Source of the DNA: Octopus sinensis
Lineage: Eukaryota
Assembly (NCBI RefSeq): GCF_006345805.1
Contig: NC_043005.1
Location: 6,014,001-6,078,000 of the forward strand
Length of the DNA: 64,000 nt
Direction of reading: 5' to 3'
Shown: positions 56,392 through 64,000 of the stretch, one piece after another
Layout of the letters: every line of letters begins with the position of its first letter
How positions within the stretch are numbered: the stretch's first letter is position 1
Position numbers and translations under genes: made by a program
The notes under the pieces: generated by a model
The model's input: the letters and a program-made list of their open reading frames with translations, nothing else
Told to the model about the DNA's origin: nothing
Databases searched by the model: none

Positions 56392-58255
56392 TACACAAGC
56401 ATATACAGACACAGACACAACACACATGTGTACATACATGTATTTACACACACACATGCTTATATATGTATGTATGTGTGTATGTATGTGTATATATATA
56501 TATATATACAGACAGACAGACAGATAGATAGATATAGATATATATTCAGAAATGTGTGTGTATATCAGCATATATATTTATATATAGATACATATATATA
56601 CACAGATACACACACATAAATATATATATACATATATATATAAAGATAAACTCATATATATATATAGACGTATATATACGTATTTCTTAATTACCCACAA
56701 GGGGCTAAACACAGAGAGGACAAACAAGGACAGACATAGGTATTAAGTCGATTACATCGACCCCAGTGCGTAACTGGTACTTAATTTATCGACCCCGAAA
56801 GGATGAAAGGCAAAGTCGACCTCGGCGGAATTTGAACTCACAACGTAACGGCAGACGAAATACCGCTAAGCATTTCGCCCGGCGTGCTAACGTTTCTGCC
56901 AGCTCGCCGCCTTTATACGTATCTATCTATATACGTATCTATCTATATGTGTGTGTGTATGTATCATCATCATCATCTCATCATCATCATCCTTTTCTCC
57001 ATGCTTGTATATAGATTAATGTTGAAAAATGCTTCTTATGAAAACAGGAAAACAAACTACTTCATGTATAAAGGAGTTTTTAGGGAATTTAAATGGAACA
57101 AATAAAAGATGTTGTCTATCGCTGACTGCCGTAATTCTTCACCATATCGTGGTTCACCCATTGCAGTTTATTATCCAAGCTTATGCCGATTCCTCCGATA
57201 CAAGATATAAAAATAATTTTAAAAAAAATATACAGTACAGTACTGTTTCTACTTTGCAGATTCTCACCTATTGTGGAGGGTTTTGGAATGTAACACCCAC
57301 GATAGTCGAGGGATTACTGCATTGGTATTTGAGCATATATTTTATATAGGAACCTATACAGCAAAATAGCATTTTGACTTCACATATTGAAATGTATCCC
57401 TAGACAAACATTTATAGGCTTGATGGACATGCATAGCAGACATGCACATCATGTGTGCATGTGTATATTAATAATTATTTCTACTCTGGGCACAAGGCCT
57501 TGAAAATTTTGGGGTAAGGTGGCTAGTTGATTACATTGACCCCAGTGTGTAACTGGTATTTACTTCATCGACCCCAAAAGGATGAAAAGCAAAGCTGACC
57601 TCGGCAGAATTTGAACTCACAATGTAGCGGTAGACGAAATGCCACTAAGCATTTCACCCGGTGTGCTAACAATTCTGTCACCTCGCCACCTTATATGTGT
57701 ATATTAATAATATATCTACCTAACTGTCTATATATTTCTATATACATATATCACTTTATCCACCAGACTATTGGATGTGGTTATACATCATTGGTCACAA
57801 TGCACTTGTTTGTTATATTATATAGCCTTATTTGTCTTTGTTGTTCAGACCCATGACACTATCCACTTTGAATTGTTTCTCTTGGCTTATTTGCATTTCA
57901 TATATACACACACATAATCATATAGGAAGGATTCTCCCGTCAAAGATGAGGTATGAATGTTCAGCTTCTGCTGAATGACCGGCACAAATGATTTGTTTAT
58001 AGTGGTCAAACGCATGTGCTGCACATTAGCTCACTCTTTCCATCGACTCAACATTGCCTGAAGAGGCACAGTGTGTGCCACGCATCAGATATAGAAGGAT
58101 CACAGGGCAATGTGAGATGAGGTGCCTTGCTCAAGAACACAATGCACTACCTCATCCAAGAATTGAAACCACAGTTTCATGATTGTGAGTGCAACACCCT
58201 AAACACTTGGCCATGCACACACACACACATATATATATATATATTCATAGGTAAT

Positions 58256-58293
<38 letters not shown>

Positions 58294-60674
58294 ACATAGG
58301 TGTGTGTGTATAGATATACATTGAATGGGTGTGTGTTTCGTATGTATATATTATATATAATATGTATATTATATGTGTGTATATTATATGTGTGTGTGTA
58401 TATATTGGGTCATCCCATAAATAATGTGGTTTTTTTTATGCTTCTTTTATTTTGCAAAATTAAGATAAACAAATAGAAATATTATTTCTAGATCTCTCAA
58501 AGAAAGACATTGGGTAAAGTAAAGACTATCTGCCAACATGATGTGGCTGTCCTGAAAGGGACGATGTTACTATTGTTTTAGCCCTAAGAAACATTGTTTC
58601 TAGCTGGCTATACGACACACTATCTGTGTCCTTATATTTTTGAACAGGGAGCTCAGCATTCCCATCAAGTGCAAAACGAGAACTGTGGACTAGTTTCTGG
58701 GTTATTGCCCTTTAGCAACACATATATTCAAACAGTGAATTTAGCAATGCCATCTGGTCAAAGCAACTACTTTGGGTTGATAAAGGGCATTAACCCAGAA
58801 ACTAGTCCACAGATGTTGTTTTGCGCTTGATGGGAATGCTGAGCTCCCTGTTCAAAAATATAAGGACACAGATAGTGTGTTGTATAGCCAGCTAGAAACA
58901 ATGTTTCTTGGGGCTAAAACAACAGTAACGTCGTCCTTTTCAGGACAGCCACATTATGTTGGCAAATAGCCTTTAAGATAAACAAAGTTCTTTTTTAATC
59001 TAAAATATACTCTCCTTCATTTTTTACAATGCTGGTAGAGTTGCAAGCCTCCTCTTCCAAAATTCACTTGTCCATGAGGGAAAATACTCCTCCAGTACTG
59101 TTCTGACCTCATCTACAGAATTCATATTTTTTCCATCCAAATGATTTTGAAGACTGGGGAATAAATGATAATCACATGGGGCAATGTCCGGTGAATATGG
59201 GGGAGGGGGCATCGTTTCCCATTCAAACTGTTCCAGCCTCTGGAATGTCATCCTCGTTGTATGTGGCTGAGCATTATCCTGATGGAAGAACAGCTTTTTT
59301 GTCTTGAAATAAAAGTCAGTTGTTTTTCTTCTAGTGCTGACTTAAGCCAGGTGTATACCATATACTTAATTAAATATATATATATAGATATACATACATA
59401 CATACATATTGATATATATATATATATAGTACACACAACTCATGTTGGCATGGAAAGCATACATAAATGATAGTAATGATGCGAATAAAAAATTTATGTC
59501 TTTCTCTCTCTATTTCACAGTCTGATGTCATTGGTGGATTGGTCAGTCTGCTGGAATTATGGTGTGACCAGAATAAAATATTTACCATCTCCTCGGTAAG
59601 TTCCAGATTGGTTGCAGAGTTTTGTTTTCTCATATTGTTATTTGAGTTTGTTCTTCACAATCTGTTCTAGAGATTCAGATGCTGCCCCTCCTCCAACGCC
59701 ACCCACCCCCACTGTCTTCCTCCTCCTCCTCATTGTTGTGGTTGTTATCATCATCACCAACATCACACACATACATTCATGCATGCATGTACACACACAC
59801 ACACCAAAATTGACAGACACACATACACATGTGCTACTGACTTGTGTGCGCGCACACACACACACACATTCATAGAAGACTGGAAACTGTGTGGAAGCCT
59901 GTGGGAGGAATGTTTCCTGTTCTGTTGGTGCTTGGCTTAACAATATCATCACCACCACCACCACCACCACTTCTTCCTGGTTGTTGGGTGCTTTTAGCAG
60001 AAACCATTCTGTTTCAATCATTTGGACCAAATCTTCAGTCTGAGGATAATTTCCCTCCCTCCCTCCTATCCCCCTCCTTCTTTCTATGCCCCTCCCCTTC
60101 TTGCTTACTTCTGCCATTCCTTCTCTTCCATTTCTCTCTCCTCTTTCCATTCCCCTTCTTTCCTCCTTTCCTTGCCCATCCATTCCTGCCATTCGTTCAT
60201 TCCTCCCTCCCTCCCTCCTCCCACATCTAGGTTTTTATTTCATTGGATGTTTGCAATTTTAAAATTTCCTTTGATACTTAACTATAATCATCTCAAACAA
60301 TTTGCTTAAATCAATATTTCAATATAAAAAAAATAAACATTCCCTCCCTGACCCCTATACTCATTGCGTTTTTTTTTCTCTGGCAAATGTTACCAACACT
60401 TGAATGGTATAACAAAGGGATCTTAGATAAGACACAATTATGCTAATCAATATGTATAATATTTATTAGACTATCAATACAGTGTTAGGAAGAAGTAAAT
60501 GCATGATGTTGTATCTATGTTTTTTAACAGATAGGATGAGGGTCAAACTCATAGGCTTCACAGTTTTTACAGCTCATCAGGCCTAACTTATCTCAAACAG
60601 CTGAGAATGACCCATCATTGATCAAATTTTTATTTTACAGCAAATTTAAACACATCATCATCATTGTCATCAGG

Positions 60675-60709
<35 letters not shown>

Positions 60710-62821
60710 ACACCCATGTTCCATACTGGCATGGATTGGTTGGATTGATAGGATCAAGTACATCCAAAGCCTGCATCATACCCTAATGTCTGCTAGGGTT
60801 GGGTTTCTATGGCTGGATGCCCTTCCTTTTTCCAACCACTTTGCAAAGTGGACTAGGTACTTTTCTCATAGTATTAAGATTCCCTTCAGTAGAGAGGGAG
60901 ACAACTTTAGGCTAAGAGATGAGGGTTTATGCAGTGGTTCTCAAAATGGGGTTCATATGACCCTTAGGGCTCCACATAAGATTTTGTTGCTAAAATTTAT
61001 GTACAATAAACTGATTATATTTCTAAAATTCACAAAATATTTTTAACAATTTTTTTACACAATTCTTAATAATATTTCATTATTAAAATATATAAAAGGA
61101 TTTATTTTAAACATTGAATGGTTATGGAGGTCCACTAGCGTAAAATAGGAATCAGAGGGTTCCATAGGTTAAAAAATGGTTGAAAACTATTGAGTTAACG
61201 TATTAGAGAAGGGGTCAGAACAGAACAAATTATTTGCTATAGAGGAATTACGTAACTGCAGCCATATATTTCTTTACAAACAGTTAACTAGATGACAACT
61301 TGTTTGTTTTTTCTTATCTGTGCAGCTCATTGGTAATTTGAAGCAGTTAATGTTCTTCGATGCCTCAAAAAACCAACTGGACACATTGCCAAATGAAATT
61401 GAAGGATGTACTTCTCTGGCCGACCTTTATTTGACCAGTAACAACATCAAGTTCCTGCCAGATTCCATTGGTTTGTACTCCATTTTATTTACTTTGCCTC
61501 AGTTTTTACCATCTTTAAATGCTAATTCAATCAACAATTGCCTGTGAAGTCAGCACTTTGCTACAACTTAACCTCATCAGACAAGACACTGTATACATGC
61601 ACACACACACACGCCCACACACGTGTGCATACATGTGGCTGTGTATGTGCATGTGTGAGTGTGTAATATTGTGCCTCATATAAGAATACATGTGTGTGTG
61701 TGTGTGTGTGTTTGTGTGCCTACATATAATTGTATGTTGTTTAATAGTCCAGGTTTTATGCATGTATACATATGTAAATAGAATTACATATATATATATA
61801 TATGTATATGCATATACATACATATGTGTGTGTAGCGGGTATGTGAGAGAGTGTTTTTTGAGTGTCTTCTTGTCTTGAGATTATGCTCTGGTTGTATATA
61901 TATATTTATATATTTTCTTCTTTAGTCAAAAACCTTTAATATTTCTCCTATTCTTTACATAGTCCTTCCTCTACTCAATACACACACTCTGCCACATAGG
62001 TGTAAGATTCAAATAGTTTTCTCTATTTTCCCCTATCCTATAATTGTTGTCCTGTCTCTTGGCATTATGCATATATTATTCTGTTTTTTGCTTCTTGTCT
62101 TCATTCCTCACTTCCTAGTATTATATTTATCTTTGAAGTTGTTACTGAAACCACTGAACCCCAGTTCACTAGTTATATTGAGCTGAGGGGCAGATATCAT
62201 TCCATAACCTCTGCAACAGCAACAACAGCCCCAAAACCATCTTCTCTGTTTACTTTCTTCCTGTTTCATCACAAACACAAATGGTTTGTTTCTGTATATG
62301 TATGTAAGTAGAAAAAATAATAAGCAGACAACAGATGTGCAGATGTGGTATTCAAAGCTTTACAGGACATACACACATTTCAGCCAAATGACAAAGTAAT
62401 TACATAACCTCAGTGGAAACATTATGCACTCATACGCTTTATCTTGTCAGTGTTCTGCATGCATGCGTGTGTTTGTGTTTGCATGTGTGTGTGAGCATGT
62501 GTGTGTGTGTGCATGTGCACACGCCCTCATTATCATTTTAATTTCCACTTTTCCATGTTGGATCAAACAGAATTTGCTGAGGTATATTTTTTTTACAGTC
62601 TGATTCCCTTCTTATGCGGACCCTCACCTATTACTAATCAAGGCAATATTTTCCTCATGGTTGTGTCATTCCAATCCAACCAAGCCTAACCCATCTCTGC
62701 CGAGTGACTAATGAATTTGACCTGCAAATTTTTTTTCCATCCTTTTAGGACAATTGATCAACCTGACCACCATGAAGATCGACGACAATATGTTGACCTC
62801 TCTGCCTGCTTCGGTCGGCAA
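24451..62821 (+). CDS. ERBIN/LRRC7-like: LAP-family LRR protein gene (Erbin/Densin-180/Lap1-like), coding exons 1-8, 3'-incomplete in this window
   Basis: Eight exons (171+118+79+90+121+75+145+73 nt) with AG/GT boundaries and compatible phases (0,1,2,2,0,0,1,2) splice to [290 protein letters not shown]. This is a continuous LRR array whose N-terminus resembles Erbin/Densin/Lap1 more than Scribble (recognised from memory). Orthology needs a tree. Confidence 0.93.
25451..25486 (+). ncRNA. Minimal hammerhead motif, A6U core variant, in a TA-flanked element at 25421-25575
   Basis: Reads CUUU-CUGUAGA-A-GAGC(GUAG)GCUC-GAAA-CG-UA^AAAG. Stem I CUUU/AAAG covaries with GUUU/AAAC of the 46668 copy. Confidence 0.65.
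26555..28846. repeat. Near-identical tandem duplication of about 1.13 kb (26555-27673 and 27691-28846) bounded by (GT)n
   Basis: Both units start ggatggtgtacccc and end ctcgttgacacagggaag. Differences are mostly in microsatellite length plus single-base indels. Confidence 0.95.
27340..27522 (-). pseudogene. Probable Penelope-like element reverse-transcriptase remnant (duplicated at about 28512-28694)
   Basis: The minus frame gives ...[31 protein letters not shown], resembling the PLE RT motif pair (P/S)FLDxxV...Y(R/F)KPT...YL at similar spacing. Recognised by eye. Confidence 0.4.
29630..29935 (+). mobile_element. RTE 3'-end copy
   Basis: Same family motifs and (GAT)n tail. Further copies lie at 1-40, about 23330-23520, about 30440-30662, about 40002-40148 and about 54575-54770 (-). 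Confidence 0.8.
30961..31078 (+). CDS. LAP gene coding exon 2
   Basis: Poly-T acceptor tttccAG (30959-30960), [40 protein letters not shown], donor GTaaga at 31079; 118 nt. Confidence 0.95.
31797..32042. mobile_element. TTAA-flanked (piggyBac-like) MITE
   Basis: TTAACCCTTTT...AAAAAGATTAA ends. Related copies lie at 36647-36875, about 36978-37115 and 62910-63514. Confidence 0.55.
32205..32456. repeat. Sister copy of the 8004-8330 element in opposite orientation (tail 32205-32283, palindrome 32284-32456)
   Basis: It shares attcgagacaaaaccactatttt...ggaaagacttaatcaatacataaaatttta arms and the reverse-complemented tail with 8004-8330, but folds back at a different point (about 32370). Confidence 0.9.
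32474..32620. repeat. Fold-back palindrome (32474-32548, centre T32511) plus tail, TA-flanked
   Basis: ctttatttaaagcagcagaaaattcaacaaaacctgt-t-acaggttttgttgaattttctgctgctttaaataaag. Confidence 0.9.
33660..33960 (-). mobile_element. Mariner remnant of the same family, internally deleted
   Basis: [10 protein letters not shown]...[25 protein letters not shown] (HxDNAxPH and YSPD motifs, decayed). Confidence 0.75.
35689..35724 (-). ncRNA. Decayed hammerhead motif (same family as 25451), element at about 35600-35784
   Basis: The minus strand reads CUUU-CUGUCGA-A-GAGC(GUAG)GCUC-AAAA-CA-UA-AAAG. Both changes are CpG-type G>A. Confidence 0.55.
36073..36199. repeat. Imperfect inverted repeat, ~58-nt arms, ~10-nt loop
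   Basis: acaatcataaataagggcaaaagaaaa...ctatgccaatatgctgagaaataga versus tctatttcttagcatattggcatagaaa...cttttgcccttatttataattgt. Confidence 0.85.
38387..39046 (+). mobile_element. Non-autonomous Helitron, second family
   Basis: Hairpin CCCAGGAATTACCGGG (39019-39034), 8 nt, CTAG (39043-39046), then T. Probable 5' TCTTATATATA. Internal ~50-nt repeats start at about 38610 and about 38752. Confidence 0.6.
40181..40231. repeat. Perfect palindrome with a 1-nt spacer (A40206) in a TA tract
   Basis: atatattagaagaaataaggtactc-a-gagtaccttatttcttctaatatat. Confidence 0.9.
40892..41210. mobile_element. hAT (Charlie-like) MITE
   Basis: TIRs CAGTGGTTCTCA / TGAGAACCCCTG; 8-bp TSD gttaagat/gtttagat. A degenerate second copy lies at 60932-61192. 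Confidence 0.8.
43329..43764 (-). mobile_element. Non-autonomous Helitron sharing its termini with 4961-5356 but with a different interior
   Basis: The 3' end CTAGCAGTATTGCCTGGCGTTGCTCGGG (+ strand) is nearly identical to 4961-4990. The cacacagacaacttca end is similar. The 5' end is approximate (TA run). Confidence 0.7.
44073..44320. repeat. TA-flanked element with inverted arms (about 44073-44125 and 44200-44252); a one-arm copy lies at about 36270-36395
   Basis: tgtgtctagggagagtcattctctattagtg versus cactaaaagaaaatgactctccccagacaca. The tail ...gcttcaacacac...taaagaatcttgca.accaaat is shared with about 36300-36395. Confidence 0.7.
44569..44647 (+). CDS. LAP gene coding exon 3
   Basis: Acceptor gtgcAG, (G)[25 protein letters not shown](K), donor GTgagt at 44648; 79 nt. 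Confidence 0.95.
44886..45555 (-). mobile_element. 5'-truncated RTE LINE copy (different 3'-UTR middle)
   Basis: The minus strand encodes [26 protein letters not shown] near 45470-45540 and ends in the same GTTAAAC(GAT)n 3' terminus. Confidence 0.8.
46668..46702 (-). ncRNA. Minimal type I hammerhead ribozyme motif with canonical core, in a TA-flanked element at about 46587-46780
   Basis: The minus strand reads GUUU-CUGAUGA-A-GAGC(UCC)GCUC-GAAA-CG-UU^AAAC: stem I GUUU/AAAC, stem II GAGC/GCUC, palindromic AACGUU stem III, cleavage triplet GUU. Confidence 0.8.
52439..52528 (+). CDS. LAP gene coding exon 4
   Basis: Acceptor tttctAG, (K)[29 protein letters not shown](R), donor GTgagt at 52529; 90 nt. 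Confidence 0.95.
53261..53500 (+). mobile_element. SINE family C (central GCCTTTCATCCTTTCGGGGTCGATAAA domain) with a 20-bp target-site duplication
   Basis: TSD GGTATTTCAATATT(T/C)CAAGG at 53245-53264 and 53494-53513. B-box-like GAGTTCAAATTCC. Further copies include 3192-3590 (-), about 34765-34990 (+), about 48930-49290 and about 57480-57690 (-). Confidence 0.85.
53838..53958 (+). CDS. LAP gene coding exon 5
   Basis: Acceptor tttgtAG, (R)[40 protein letters not shown], donor GTaagt at 53959; 121 nt. Confidence 0.95.
54843..54958. repeat. Perfect 58-bp tandem duplication
   Basis: atctttaaatatccttttgtttaccctaaaatagcacaaaaaccaatcttacatacca occurs twice, followed by a partial atcttacata. Confidence 0.95.
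56681..56913 (-). mobile_element. SINE family C, young CpG-rich full-length copy
   Basis: The reverse complement differs from 53261-53500 at about 16 of about 230 positions (hand count), almost all transitions. Flanked by tatacgtat repeats. Confidence 0.85.
58403..59350 (-). mobile_element. Mariner transposon remnant interrupted by the 58521-58975 inverted-repeat element
   Basis: The minus-strand ORF ...[35 protein letters not shown] contains the mariner YSPDLAPxDY motif. A TIR-like TATTGGGTCATCCCATAAATAATG lies at about 58403. Confidence 0.8.
58521..58975. mobile_element. Long inverted-repeat (foldback/MITE-like) element, ~200-nt arms and 56-nt spacer, nested in a mariner remnant
   Basis: 58521-58719 is the reverse complement of 58776-58975 with scattered mismatches. 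Confidence 0.85.
59521..59595 (+). CDS. LAP gene coding exon 6
   Basis: Acceptor tttcac[27 protein letters not shown], donor GTaagt at 59596; 75 nt. Confidence 0.93.
61326..61470 (+). CDS. LAP gene coding exon 7
   Basis: Acceptor tgtgc[51 protein letters not shown], donor GTttgt at 61471; 145 nt. Confidence 0.94.
62749..62821 (+). CDS. LAP gene coding exon 8
   Basis: Acceptor ccttttAG, (G)[23 protein letters not shown], donor GTaagt at 62822; 73 nt. Confidence 0.94.
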
Positions 62822-63041
62822 GTAAGTATGCTCTGTTAGTTATTAGTCAATTCATTTGTCTTGGATTTTTATCACACATGTGTCAAAAAGAATAATGCAT
62901 TTTCAGCTGTTAACCCTTTTGTGCCGTTATTTCAAATCCTTTCTGAAACGACCCCTAGTTTTACAAAATAATATTCATGTCAAACTGATCTTGATTAAAA
63001 CCTTTCATCAGAATTTCTTGTTAATTTCTAATCACCAGCTT

Positions 63042-63415
63042 CATCATCATCATCATCATCATCATCGTTTAACGTCCGTTTTCTGTACTAGCATGGGTTT
63101 GACAGTTCGACTGGGGTCTGGGAAGCCAGGAGGCTGCACCAGGCCCCAATCTGATCTGGCAGTGTTTTTACAGCTGGATGCCCTTCCTAACGCCAACCAC
63201 TCCGTGAGTGTAGTGGGTGCTTTTTATGTGCCACTGGCACAGGTGCCAGGGGAGGCTGGTAGCGACCATGATTGGTTGGTGCTTTTTACGTGCCACTGGC
63301 ACAGAAGCCAGTCAAGGCAGCGCTGGCATCGACCACATTTGGATGGTGCTTTTCATGTGCCACCGGCACGGAAGCCACTCAAGGCAGCGCTGGCATCGGC
63401 CATGTTCGGATGGTG
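63042..63415 (-). mobile_element. RTE 3'-end copy inserted into a TTAA-ended MITE
   Basis: The (CAT)n-GTTTAACGTCCG start interrupts the MITE between cagctt and ataatg, which are contiguous (cagcttaataatg) in the 31797-32042 copy. Confidence 0.8.
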
Positions 63416-64000
63416 ATAATGGTAAAATTGTTCTATTGAATTCTTCATTATTTTTAACATGAATTGAAACCAAGGCAATGTATTTCAACAGAAATATGGT
63501 AACAAAAGAGTTAATGAAGTCAGGTCTTTCATTTGGTTTTGAAAGTTTTAAATTTGAGAGGATTTTGTAAAATAAGTGACGTTTATTTTAAGTTGGTGTA
63601 CAGAGTATAACTTCAAGGATCATTACTGATCCTTATTAAATTTAGATATGAAGAATTTAGAACGAGTGGTTTCTGATTCATTGTACCAGAACCAGATTTG
63701 GACTGATTGGCATCAAAAGGATAAAGCATTCACAGTAATCCTTGCATGTAGTGACCCAGTGAATAAGGTGTCAGCATGTCTGCTTATATAAGGTGAAGAG
63801 TTCAAATCCTGTTGGAGTCATATGGCATTTCCTGGACAGGACACTGTTACTCCACTTAATAGCTTTTCTTCCGGCCCTTTATTTTCTGAGTTCAAATGCC
63901 ACCGAGGTCAACTTTGCCTTTCATTCTTTTGGGGTCAGAAAAATAAAGAACCAGTCAAGCACCGTAATCTCTGTAATCAGCTGCCCCCTCCCTCACCAGA

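Overview
AT-rich, microsatellite- and repeat-dense eukaryotic DNA, most likely from a coleoid cephalopod (octopus-type SINE and RTE families; inferred, not verified). The window holds one protein-coding gene: the first eight coding exons (872 nt, about 290 aa) of a + strand LAP-family leucine-rich-repeat gene of the Erbin/Densin-180(LRRC7)/Lap1 type. It runs from the ATG at 24451 to 62821 and continues beyond the window. All introns are GT-AG and phase-compatible. The rest is RTE-LINE 3' ends, three tRNA-type SINE families, non-autonomous Helitrons, mariner, hAT and piggyBac-like remnants, and simple repeats. The most interesting signal is a set of short elements embedded in (TA)n tracts. They carry minimal hammerhead-ribozyme motifs of the kind known from Penelope-like elements, in at least four sequence families. 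These include one canonical core (46668-46702, - strand), a family-wide A6U core, and a compensatory U3-A8 core. Several of these elements occur as fold-back palindromes with roughly 1-nt spacers, one centred exactly in the ribozyme core. A probable Penelope-type RT remnant lies in a 1.1-kb tandem duplication in intron 1. No searches or folding programs were run; all structures were read by eye.
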